A model generated the notes under the pieces. That model worked only from the letters and a program-made list of their open reading frames with translations. It did not search any database and was not told where the DNA came from. Source: an uncultured candidate division Zixibacteria bacterium (lineage in GTDB: Bacteria; Zixibacteria; MSB-5A5; UBA10806). Taken from it: a DNA stretch of 64,000 nt. Positions 40,300 through 50,168 of the stretch are shown here, in pieces. The stretch lies in NCBI GenBank assembly GCA_963801605.1, contig CAWDFP010000006.1, positions 960,001 to 1,024,000 of the forward strand. The letters are read 5' to 3'. The number at the start of each line of letters is the position of its first letter. Position 1 is the first letter of the stretch. Made by a program: the position numbers and the translations under genes.

Positions 40300-41349
40300 A
40301 TGGCAAAGACGACTCTGGGTCTTGACATCGGTTCCTACGCCGTCAAGATGGTCGAAATAGATATCGAGGAAAGCAGGCGCAAGCTGAAAAGCTTCGCCAT
40401 CGTCGATGTCTATGGAGATGGCGAGGAATATGATGCCGAGGGCGCCAGCTACAGCCGCCTGTCTGCGGCCCTGAAGAGCTGCTTTAAGCAAATCAAGGTT
40501 GCTCCCAAGCGGATCAAGAATCTAAACTGCGCATTAGGCGGTACGAGTGTGGCCGTCAAGCAGATAAGATCCATTCCCTTAGGCCCCGAGGAGCTCGAAT
40601 CCTCTCTGGCCTTTGAAGCCCGCAAACATCTGCCATTAGACGATACCGAGGCCATCCTGGATTTCCAGATCGTCGACGGCGGAGCGGAATCAACGTTCAT
40701 GGATATTCTCCTGGTGGCAACCACCAAGAAGGCATTCGACAACGAGCTCAAGCTATTGGCCGATTTTGGAGCCAAACCCAAGATCATCGACGCCAACTGC
40801 ACGGCCCTGGTTAATTCTTATCTTCTTACCAGAGGCAAGCCAGAGACCGAAGCCGCCCTGGTGTTCATTGACATCGGAGCTAAATCAACCAATCTCACGA
40901 TCTTTACCGACAAGAACATTCTCTTCTCGCGTGATATCCCGATCGGCGGATACAAAATCACCGAGGACGTCAAAACGGTTCGCAAGGTTGAATATGCCGA
41001 GGCCGAGGATCTCAAAAAGAGCCGCGGTATGGGCGCTTTGCTGGAAGGCCCGGATGAAGGTCCGGCCATCAGAGTGGCGCGCCGCATGTCTGTCGATGGT
41101 CTTATCGATGAGATCAGGCGTTCGCTGCGCTATTATACCAAGGAAACCAGCGTCCGCGATTTCGACAAGATTCTCCTTTGCGGCGGCACGGCCCTGATGC
41201 CGAATCTCAATTCTCACATGGCGCAGGCCCTTAATATGACGGTTGAGATTTATAATCCGTTCGAAATGTTTACAGTTCCGCCGGGCTTTAATGCTCCGAT
41301 GGGGGCGCAACTTGCTATCGCCTGCGGATTAGCCCTGAGGGAGGATTGA
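40300..41349 (+). CDS. pilM: Type IV pilus assembly protein PilM
   Basis: GLDIGSYAVK, IDIGAKST, EIRRSLRYY, LCGGTA, IACGLALR (actin-like fold). Confidence 0.93.
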   Translation: MAKTTLGLDIGSYAVKMVEIDIEESRRKLKSFAIVDVYGDGEEYDAEGASYSRLSAALKSCFKQIKVAPKRIKNLNCALGGTSVAVKQIRSIPLGPEELESSLAFEARKHLPLDDTEAILDFQIVDGGAESTFMDILLVATTKKAFDNELKLLADFGAKPKIIDANCTALVNSYLLTRGKPETEAALVFIDIGAKSTNLTIFTDKNILFSRDIPIGGYKITEDVKTVRKVEYAEAEDLKKSRGMGALLEGPDEGPAIRVARRMSVDGLIDEIRRSLRYYTKETSVRDFDKILLCGGTALMPNLNSHMAQALNMTVEIYNPFEMFTVPPGFNAPMGAQLAIACGLALRED

Positions 41350-41927
41350 TGAGAGCACAATCGTATAAAATCAACCTCAACAAGGCCTCCAATCGTCTGG
41401 ATCAGTTTGAAAATACCAGGAAGAGACGTAAATATATTACGCTGGCCCTGTTTTTCCTTTTGCTGATCGCCGGCTCCGGTTACGTGGTATATAAGACCTC
41501 CCTGGTTCAAAAGCAGATCGACAGGCAAAAGGCGGATTTGCAGGAGATACAGAACAAGATCGAGCGGCTCGAAGCCTCGACCGAGTATCTCTCACCCGAG
41601 GATATTTTCAGATTGGCTAACGTGGCTCGCGGCCGATTGACCTGGTCGCCCAAGCTATCTGTGATAGCCGATATTCTCCCCAAGGACATTGCCATAACAG
41701 AGCTCACCTACGACAGTAATCTCAAGGTTTTTATGATCAAAGGCGTATCCAAAGTCAGATCCGATATGAAGGATCTTGATCTGGTGGTTTCGATCATTGA
41801 TTTATTGAAGGCCCAACCGGAATTCAGCAAGGATTTCGCAGAGATTAAGTTCCAAAGCTCGCAACGCGTCAAGCACAACGAACAGGAGATCGTCAAATTC
41901 GAGATCGCCTGCTTGCTGAAGGCATGA
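41349..41927 (+). CDS. pilN: Type IV pilus assembly protein PilN
   Basis: KINL N-terminal motif, TM, coiled coil, LP.DIAITEL. Follows pilM. Confidence 0.85.
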   Translation: MRAQSYKINLNKASNRLDQFENTRKRRKYITLALFFLLLIAGSGYVVYKTSLVQKQIDRQKADLQEIQNKIERLEASTEYLSPEDIFRLANVARGRLTWSPKLSVIADILPKDIAITELTYDSNLKVFMIKGVSKVRSDMKDLDLVVSIIDLLKAQPEFSKDFAEIKFQSSQRVKHNEQEIVKFEIACLLKA

Positions 41928-41940
41928 GGTTGGAGGGAAA

Positions 41941-42543
41941 ATGAAAGACAATCTGATAGTTTTAATTTTATTTTTGCTGCTTCTCGCGGGCAACTACTAT
42001 TACTATAACACCGTCATCGTGCCCCAGCCGGAGGAGATCAAATCTCTTCAGTCCCAGATCGAGGAGAAGAACAAACAGCTTCTGGCCGCCCAGATTCTGG
42101 CAGAAAAGCGCGAGGGTGTCACTCAGCTTATCCAGAACAACCTCATTACGAATCCGAACGATTCGCTGGCCGAGAAAGCTTCGGTGCCGTTTTTGCGCTA
42201 TCTAACACAGCATATGGATGAGCTTGATATCAGGCTGGTATCCATTACACCAATGGAAGTAATCGGCGCCGCTGATCCGGTTTCCGCGCAGCAAGCGAAA
42301 GAATATCTGGAAGTACCCTACGAACTAAAGGTCCTGGCCAGCTATGACGAGCTGGGCAAGTTTCTGGATGTTCTGGAGAAATCACCACATCTCATTAAGG
42401 TAGCCACATTTTCAGTCAGCAATGATCTGGACCAGGCATCGTTTTCCGAAGAGATCGCGGGCAAACCAAGACAGCATAGCATCAGCCTGCAAGTAAACAC
42501 CATAGCAATATTGAAAGCGAGTTTCAGAAGTGAACCGGGATAG
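41941..42543 (+). CDS. pilO: Type IV pilus assembly protein PilO
   Basis: TM, coiled coil, EVPYELKVLASYDELGKFLDVLEK.P.LI. Confidence 0.85.
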   Translation: MKDNLIVLILFLLLLAGNYYYYNTVIVPQPEEIKSLQSQIEEKNKQLLAAQILAEKREGVTQLIQNNLITNPNDSLAEKASVPFLRYLTQHMDELDIRLVSITPMEVIGAADPVSAQQAKEYLEVPYELKVLASYDELGKFLDVLEKSPHLIKVATFSVSNDLDQASFSEEIAGKPRQHSISLQVNTIAILKASFRSEPG

Positions 42544-43099
42544 CATAATAAAAGGGCTGGCCGTCCTTTCGGCCGTCGTATTGGTCCTCTTCGTGGGATT
42601 TCTGATCGTAAGGATCGTTCTGAACGATTATCGGAAAGATCTGAAAGCAGAACCCACCGAAGCGGTAACGCTTGACGCCAATGATGCCCTCAAGGCTACC
42701 ATCGATACTCTTGAGACATCCTGGCAGTCAATCCAGGCTTTCAACTTCAGAGCCCCTCAAGATCCGCTGCACCTTGGCAGAGTCATTAAGGACTTCACTT
42801 ACAGCAAGGCCGGTTTCCAGGAGACTGAGGAGGAAGATAATATCCGACTAACCGCAACGGTGGTCGATGATAATCCGAAAGCCATTATAAAATTTAGAAA
42901 TAAAAGTTACGTGGTACAGGTCGGCGAATCGATTGAAAACATTTACAGAGTCGTCAGCATCAGCAACAAACAAGTCGTCCTGGAAACCGCCAGTGGAAGA
43001 GTCGTGCTAAACAATAAACCCGTTCAGCAGTTGGAGAGCGAACCCGGGGGCGAATCGAATTTATCCAACAGTGGTGGTACGGAAGAAGGAAACTATTAG
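42530..43099 (+). CDS. PilP/GspC-like protein
   Basis: N-terminal TM (no lipobox), DP motif, LTATV....KAII....YVVQVGE beta domain. Lies between pilO and the secretin. Confidence 0.7.
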   Translation: MNRDSIIKGLAVLSAVVLVLFVGFLIVRIVLNDYRKDLKAEPTEAVTLDANDALKATIDTLETSWQSIQAFNFRAPQDPLHLGRVIKDFTYSKAGFQETEEEDNIRLTATVVDDNPKAIIKFRNKSYVVQVGESIENIYRVVSISNKQVVLETASGRVVLNNKPVQQLESEPGGESNLSNSGGTEEGNY

Positions 43100-43132
43100 C
43101 GTGAGATATCGCGGTATATTAAGGAGGACATC

Positions 43133-44656
43133 TTGATTAAAGCGTCCGTACAGGGATTGATTATGTGCCTGGTCATAGGAATCATCCTTTGGTTCGCCCC
43201 GGCAACATTCGGACAAGTCAAATCCCAGAATGTTACTACGCCGGAACAATTGCGAAGTGGGTTGACAAAAACCGTGACACTGGATGCTGACGATGCGTTT
43301 TTGCCGTCAATTTTAAGCATTCTGGCCGATAAATCCGGGTTTAATATTGTCACAGGCCCCGGAGTCAATACTCAGGAACGCATTTCTGTACATCTGAAAG
43401 ACACCCCTATCGAAGAAGCCATTAACCTCGTGGTTCGCGCCGCCGGTCTGGCTTATGAGATTGTGGGTAATTCGATTCTGGTGGCCGATGCCGCCGCTCT
43501 CCAACAGGAGATTGGTCTTGCGGCTCATGTAATCGATCTGAAATTTGCCAAAGCTGAAGAAGTCAAAGGCCTTCTTCAGGACCTTACTACCAAAGTTGAA
43601 ATTGATACTTCCGGCAATAAAATACTGGTTTTAGCCAGCCCTAAGGTCATTGCCGAGGTCAATAAAATCGTCGAGGCCATCGATGTCGCTCCGCCACAGA
43701 TCATGCTGGAAGCACGCTTGATCGAAGTTGCCACTGACGATCTCGATAAAGTTGGAATCGATTGGGAAAAGCTGTCTAACTTCACCACGGTTCTCGCCGA
43801 ATCACCGCTGGTTAAGGACGGTCTTACAGGCGCCACCGACGGTACTTCTCGGGCGCCAAACGAAAACGACTTTGGAGGCAACCTGCCTGATCTGGGTCAA
43901 TTGCCAGAGAAATACAGCTTCGAGAAGGTCGACGGTTTCGACAACACCTTTAAGTTCTCTCGTCAGCTTTATGCATTTGATATCGCTCTCGATTTCCTCA
44001 TGAAGAGAAATAAAGCCAAAGTTCTGGCTCATACACAGCTAACGACCCTGAACAATCGCGCTGCTACCATTTTGATCGGTGAGACGCTGCGCTGGGCGGT
44101 AACCTCGCAGCAGAACGCTATCGTTGTCACCGACTCGGTAGGTATCAAGTTGCAGATTACCCCAACCATCAATTCCGACGGCTACATTACGACCAGGGTA
44201 ACACCCGAGGTTTCCTCCATTACCGAGTTGGTTTTGGGTATCTATCCGCGCAAGAAGATCAGGACTGCTTCAACCACCGTGCTGGTAAAAGACGGTCAGC
44301 AAATCTTCATAGGCGGCCTGTTCTCAGTTCAGGATGCTAAAGTTGAGTTCAAGATGCCGTTGTTTGCCAATATTCCGCTTATTGGTAAGTTATTTACACA
44401 TACTTATAACTCTGTTCAGAAGACCGATCTCCTGATAGAAATCACTCCTCGGGTAGTTCGCGAAGGAGTGAGCTACAGCGATGCTCGCAATTTAACCAGC
44501 AACGGTGTACGTGTTCTCGATGAAGGCCAAACGACTAATTTACGAGGCCTGATGCCTGAATTGGATTCGCTGGATGCCAGCAAGTCGGAAGCCCTGGACA
44601 TAAAGAAAGATCAGAAGGAAATTGTAAAACCATATGAACAAAGAACAAAGAAATAG
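43133..44656 (+). CDS. pilQ: Secretin PilQ (short form, no AMIN domains)
   Basis: IDLKFAKA, QIMLEARLIEV, GIKLQITPTI, VKDGQQIFIGGL, IPLIGKLF, LLIEITP. TTG start with AAGGAGG. Confidence 0.9.
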   Translation: MIKASVQGLIMCLVIGIILWFAPATFGQVKSQNVTTPEQLRSGLTKTVTLDADDAFLPSILSILADKSGFNIVTGPGVNTQERISVHLKDTPIEEAINLVVRAAGLAYEIVGNSILVADAAALQQEIGLAAHVIDLKFAKAEEVKGLLQDLTTKVEIDTSGNKILVLASPKVIAEVNKIVEAIDVAPPQIMLEARLIEVATDDLDKVGIDWEKLSNFTTVLAESPLVKDGLTGATDGTSRAPNENDFGGNLPDLGQLPEKYSFEKVDGFDNTFKFSRQLYAFDIALDFLMKRNKAKVLAHTQLTTLNNRAATILIGETLRWAVTSQQNAIVVTDSVGIKLQITPTINSDGYITTRVTPEVSSITELVLGIYPRKKIRTASTTVLVKDGQQIFIGGLFSVQDAKVEFKMPLFANIPLIGKLFTHTYNSVQKTDLLIEITPRVVREGVSYSDARNLTSNGVRVLDEGQTTNLRGLMPELDSLDASKSEALDIKKDQKEIVKPYEQRTKK

Positions 44657-44699
44657 AGAATCTATGTCTCTGCCAACCCACCCATATAAGGAGGTGAAC

Positions 44700-47504
44700 A
44701 TGGCAACCAACAAATTCTACAAATTGGTTGTTTATGGCTGCATAGTAATGGCGATACTAATGGCTGCCGCTATGCTATCGTGTGACAAGAGAAACGCGGT
44801 AAGCAGTCCCGAAAATGGGGGAGGTGTACCCGGAATCAGCAATATTCTCGTATCGCTGAATCCTAATCAGCTCCGACTTGCATCGAGGGATGCCATCGAC
44901 ACGGTTCAGGTTTTAATTGCCGTGGTCGATTCCAACGGCGTTGGCGTGCCGAAAGTTCAGGTACACGTCACCCGTACTCCCAGCATCGGCTTTCTAACTC
45001 AACCTGACAGCACCGATGATATGGGCCAAACCAGAGCCCTCTTCGTTGCCGAACCTGGCGTGTATGATACCACCAGAATTAAAGTCAACGTCGGTAATAT
45101 TATCCAAACAGCGCTTTTGGCAATCAGCGGGCCGACACGTTACACTCTAAATTTGACGTTCTCCCCGCCGATTCCCAAACTGATCGACCATGAGGCCGCT
45201 CCCTATACAATCACAGGCAACCTGGTAGATTCAACTCAAAGAGGAGTTTCCGGTCAGCAGGTCATTTTCGCCGTGTTAAATCAAGTAGGCAGGATTGGAT
45301 TTTCCGATCCCAACACGACAGTTCCTGTAACGAACAGCCAGGGTCTTGTGGAAGCGCTCTTCTATAATACTGAAACCGATGAAATAATGCTTCCTGATAC
45401 CGCTGTTATTCAGGCTGTTACGCGCGCTCCATCCGGATCGGGATTCTTATCCGCCGATGTGAAGGTGCCGCTCAGGCCTGTTCATAACTCATTAACTCTT
45501 CAAGCCACTCCGTCAACTATTGTTGGTGACGGCGCCAGCAGCGTTTCCATCAGGGCTTTCCTGCTCGATACCGATGGTCATGGTATCGTGGGAGACACCG
45601 TAAAATTCAGCAATCCCACCCATGATGGTTACCTGTTAGCAAACGCAATCACTGATGCTAACGGTATTGCCACCAATAATTTTACTCCGTTCGCCGGCCG
45701 CGACACGACGATAATAACTCGAATCGTAGCCGATTATAAAGCCGGTTCACCCGTACATCAGGCAATCTCTACGGTGAATGTAACAGTGTCACCGATACGT
45801 TCGATAGGGTTTATCACCCTTTCGCTTCAGAAACAGAATGTCGTTGCCAACGCAGCTGATTCCTCGGCTATTTTTATCACAGTCCAGGATTCGACTGGCG
45901 GGCTTATCGCTGACGGCACGATTATACATCTTGAGCATAGCGGCATCGGCGTTCTCTCGGCGCCGCAAGTTACAACCACTGATGGTCAGGCCAGAGCCAA
46001 GATTACAGGACCTGCCAATATCAATGGTGGCCCCAGCACTAAGGTTGATACGATAACAGTTTGGGGAAATGTGACTGACTCAACTGTCATTAAAGCGTCG
46101 GCGGTAGTCAATTATATTCCGGGCAACATTTTCCAAATGGCTTTTGTAAGCCCTGATTCAACCGTTAATCTCGTTGCTGGGTCGGGCGATACGTGCTCAG
46201 TATGGGTTCTGGCTGTCGACGTCAACGGTAATCCAGTGGCCAACGGCACTCAGATTTCATTTCGTAATACGCCAGTTATCTCTTCGTCTCTAACTCCGCA
46301 GGCCGCAGGCACATTTGACGGATATGCCAGGAGCATATATCTGGTCGGCTCGGGCACCGGCGACGATAACGTTACCGCCTGGATTACTAATCCCACGAAC
46401 GCGAATGATACTATCAGAACAGTACATCCGATCGTCTTCCGCTGCCTTTCATCATCAGCAACTACTCTTGAACTTTCAGCCAGCCAGACCAATATCGAAG
46501 TTGGCGGAACTTCAACTCAGATCATTGCCACTCTTCAGGATGCTTATGGCAATCCGCTCTCCGAGGGCTATTGGGTGAGCTTTGATATAACTGTATCGCC
46601 AGGTGCAGATCCTATTGATAAACCATCTTTCGATACGCAACAACTCACCCAACACGATACGGTCGCAACCAACATTAACGGCCAGGCTATTCTGCAGTTA
46701 TATTCCGGACGTAGAGCTGGCGCGGTCTCTATCAGAGCCTGCACTGTCCCTCTGCCGCCGGAATCGCTATTTGTTTGCAACGAGAAATCGCTAGTGACCA
46801 TCTCTTCAGGTCCGCCCGATCACATCAATTTCGCTTTTTCCAGTAATGGCGAAGCCGAACCGCCGGCACGTTTCGTGCAGGTTGGCGCCGTGGTTGGCGA
46901 CCGTTTCAGTAACGATGTTCAATATGGGACAGCGGTTTATTTCAGCTTGATTCCCAATGACCGCGCAAATATCGAGGGTGATTCTTATACTGGAGGCGCC
47001 AGGCAGTATCATCCTGATTCCACTGCCGGTGTAGCATATACCAGGATCATATATGGCTGTCTTGCCACTTTTAAAGGCATCCAGGTTATTGCCTCTTCTG
47101 CTGGTGATTCTATCGAAGTTGTTGATACTTCCGGTACTTATACACTTCCGATTTTTGAGGGTGAGATAGGTCTCATGGCCAATCCGGGAGCGCTCTGGAC
47201 TCCTAACCAAAACCAAACTTCGACTGATACGGCTTTTATTACAGCCTCACTAATTGACGGCGGTGGTTGCGCGATTGAGGGTGGAATTATCACTTTCGTC
47301 GCTCAAGTAGCAGGAGAAATTCTGCCTCCGAGTACTGATACCACCGATGTCAACGGTTTAGCAACCTGTCGGTTCGTCATTCACGGTAATCAAATACCTC
47401 GCTTGCCGGACGGCCGTGCCACGATCGATGCTGGTGTCAAGGCAACCTTGATGCAAAAGACATCGGTCTTTAGCGTGATTAATATCACCTGTTCTACTCC
47501 TTAG
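44700..47504 (+). CDS. Invasin/intimin-like Ig-repeat (Big_1) lipoprotein, paralog 1
   Basis: Lipobox MLSC|D. Repeated D.NGNPV..GT.I.F and TD.NG.A Big_1-type motifs. AAGGAGGT RBS. Confidence 0.75.
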   Translation: MATNKFYKLVVYGCIVMAILMAAAMLSCDKRNAVSSPENGGGVPGISNILVSLNPNQLRLASRDAIDTVQVLIAVVDSNGVGVPKVQVHVTRTPSIGFLTQPDSTDDMGQTRALFVAEPGVYDTTRIKVNVGNIIQTALLAISGPTRYTLNLTFSPPIPKLIDHEAAPYTITGNLVDSTQRGVSGQQVIFAVLNQVGRIGFSDPNTTVPVTNSQGLVEALFYNTETDEIMLPDTAVIQAVTRAPSGSGFLSADVKVPLRPVHNSLTLQATPSTIVGDGASSVSIRAFLLDTDGHGIVGDTVKFSNPTHDGYLLANAITDANGIATNNFTPFAGRDTTIITRIVADYKAGSPVHQAISTVNVTVSPIRSIGFITLSLQKQNVVANAADSSAIFITVQDSTGGLIADGTIIHLEHSGIGVLSAPQVTTTDGQARAKITGPANINGGPSTKVDTITVWGNVTDSTVIKASAVVNYIPGNIFQMAFVSPDSTVNLVAGSGDTCSVWVLAVDVNGNPVANGTQISFRNTPVISSSLTPQAAGTFDGYARSIYLVGSGTGDDNVTAWITNPTNANDTIRTVHPIVFRCLSSSATTLELSASQTNIEVGGTSTQIIATLQDAYGNPLSEGYWVSFDITVSPGADPIDKPSFDTQQLTQHDTVATNINGQAILQLYSGRRAGAVSIRACTVPLPPESLFVCNEKSLVTISSGPPDHINFAFSSNGEAEPPARFVQVGAVVGDRFSNDVQYGTAVYFSLIPNDRANIEGDSYTGGARQYHPDSTAGVAYTRIIYGCLATFKGIQVIASSAGDSIEVVDTSGTYTLPIFEGEIGLMANPGALWTPNQNQTSTDTAFITASLIDGGGCAIEGGIITFVAQVAGEILPPSTDTTDVNGLATCRFVIHGNQIPRLPDGRATIDAGVKATLMQKTSVFSVINITCSTP

Positions 47505-47532
47505 GAGTAAAGCGTGATTTAGGAGCAGCAAC

Positions 47533-47566
47533 GGTAGAAGCTTGCCTGCGAGGGCAAGCTTCTGCC
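47533..47566 (+). other. Intercistronic 15-bp hairpin with GCGA tetraloop
   Basis: ggtagaagcttgcct-gcga-gggcaagcttctgcc, with no U tract. Confidence 0.7.
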
Positions 47567-47673
47567 TAAACAAGGTAACAATTTGGAGAGCAGCAAAAGA
47601 CTGATGGAAGTTCCGTGGGCCGGGTTATGAGTTCTATATCCGCGCCAGAGCACCCTTAAATAAGGAAGTGGCC

Positions 47674-50166
47674 ATGGCTACCAAAGTCTTAAGGCTGAAA
47701 ATCGCGGGAAAAATCCCCGTAATAGTAGTAGCGATTCTGGCGCTGCTCTCATGCGATAGAAGGCATGTGACAAATCCGATTAATTTCCCGGTTCAAGTGG
47801 GAAATATTTTAGTATCATTATCACCGCCGCAGGTTCACCTACCTTCTACAGAGGCTATTGACTCAGTTCAGATTATGATTGCAGTATTGGATTCTCAGGG
47901 CGTAGGTATGCCCAATATTAATGTTCATGTAACGAGGACACCAGCGATCGGTTTTGTCTCCCAACCTGATTCAACTGATTCCCTGGGTATAACGAGCGCC
48001 TTGTATATTACGGATCCCGGTATTTTTGATAGTGTATGGATAAACGCCGCTGCGGGTAATAAATCAGATTCCGCGCTTTTGGTTATTAGCCCATCGGTTA
48101 ATTCACCCCGCAAGATAGTTGTCTCTCCGCATGAGGCCAATCTTATATCCGGCGAAATCGACACGTTCACCCTGTTTGTCACGGTATTAGATTCTCTTGG
48201 CTTGCCCGTTAACGAAAGCGATACTGTTTATTTGGAAAATACGGGCAGAGCCACGTTATCTTTAAACAATGTATTAACCATAGGCGGCCGCGGCCAGGCC
48301 TTGATTACTCTAACTCCTCCCGCAAATATGCCCGGTTACATCGGACCAGATACCATATTTGTTCGGGGTTCCGATAATGAACAAAGTCTTGAGCCAGATA
48401 CTGTGATTGCTCATTTTATAGCGGGAAATTCGCTTCACAGCATTGTGGTCTCACTACAAAAACCCAATCTGGTAGCCAATGGGCTCGATACAACATCTAT
48501 AAATGCTATCGTCACCGATCCTTCGGGTAATCCGGTTCCCGATGGCACTACAATCTATTTGAATAACACCGGTGTGGGACTTCTAAGCCAAACCCAATTG
48601 ACAACGATCAATGGACAGGCCAGGGGCAAGATAACTGCTCCGATTAATATTATACATCGCCCCAATGTCGATACAGTTTTCGTTCGCAATTTTCCCGGTG
48701 ATTCGGCTAACGTGGCTGATACGGCGATTGTACATTACATACCGGGCCCAATCCATCAAATGGCGTTCATTTATCCTGAAACTACGGTGACATTAGTTGC
48801 CGGTTCGGGCGATACCTGCTCAGTCATATTAAGCGCCACTGATGCCAACGGAAATCCGGTTTCCCCTGGCACACAGATTGTTTTCGGACACACTCTTCCA
48901 TGTTCGAACTTGATTCCCCAGCCCCAGGATACCGTAAATGGATACTTCAGAAATATCTATCAGGTGGGCGATTGCACCGGCGATGATAATGTCACCGCCT
49001 GGATTGTATAACCCCGTCAACCCCAACGATACTATTCGGACTGAACACCCGGTTGTTTTTCGCTGCATCGCTCCGAGCAGGCGAGCTTGGAGTTAAGCAC
49101 ACCGAATGACAGCATCCCGGTTGGAGGTGCATCCACGATGGTGATAGCCACGGTTTTGGATGAGAATGGCAATCCGTATGGCGGCGGAAACCCATATTGG
49201 GATGGAGTATTAGTAGCTTTTGGTATTATGGATTCCACTGGCGGTGCGTCGTTTGATTCTTTGAACCAAGTGCGGTATGATACGGTATGGACGAATATTA
49301 ACAGCCAGGCGATTGTCCAACTGTTTTCTGGCCATAGGGCAGGAACTGTCTCAATCAGGGCCTGCACAGTACCCGAACCGCCGGATTCGCTTTATCGTTG
49401 CGATCGAAAGGCCGCTGGTAACCATAACTCCCGGGCCGCCGGAACAGATCATGTATTCATTTATTGGGCCACCTGAGCGACTGCCTGGTGAACCGGCAAT
49501 ATATTGTGTTGTGGCCGCGAGCATAGTTGATGAATACTTAAATCCGGTTGAATATGGCACTCCTGTGTCATTTCAGCCTGATTCCAAATGATTTAGCAAA
49601 TATTGATGGCGACTCTTATACAGGAGGCGGCAGACCTTATTATCCTGATTCGTGCGCCGGAACGGCTTATTCCGGTAATATATGGCTGCTTACTACATTT
49701 AGGTCTGTCAGAATTGTAGCCCAGTGCCGGAGATTCCGCTCAGATCGTAGATACATCAACAGTGTTTTCGCTTCCGATTTGCGAAGGGCGGATAGGTATT
49801 ATGGCCAATCCCGGCAGCCTTCATACAGCAAATGATAGTTGTGACTGCCATCAAGCGCCATACTTGGGTTGCCGTGATACATCGTTTATTACAGCAACTT
49901 TGATATGCATGGATGGATGCCCTGTTGCAGGCGGAATTGTGACTTTTACTGCCGAAGTAGCCGGGCAAATCCTTCCCTATAACGTCGATACAACCGATGT
50001 CAACGGGCAGGCGGCTTGTCGCTATATGATTCGCGGATGTGATATACCTTGCGATGATAATGGATGCAGTGTTGTAACAATTGTAAGGGCGGCTCTTGTA
50101 CAAAATCCCTCCATATTTAGTACGGTTGAGATTACCTGTTCAAGACCACCAAATAGAATGAGGTAG
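47674..50166 (+). CDS. Invasin/intimin-like Ig-repeat lipoprotein, paralog 2 (several frameshifts at 49000-49760; assembly error or pseudogene)
   Basis: Lipobox LLSC|D. The fragments are collinear with paralog 1 to the end (GDDNVTAWI, NDTIRT.HP.VFRC, SIRACTVP.PP, LPI.EG.IG.MANPG, ITCS.P). Confidence 0.72.
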
Positions 50167-50168
50167 TA

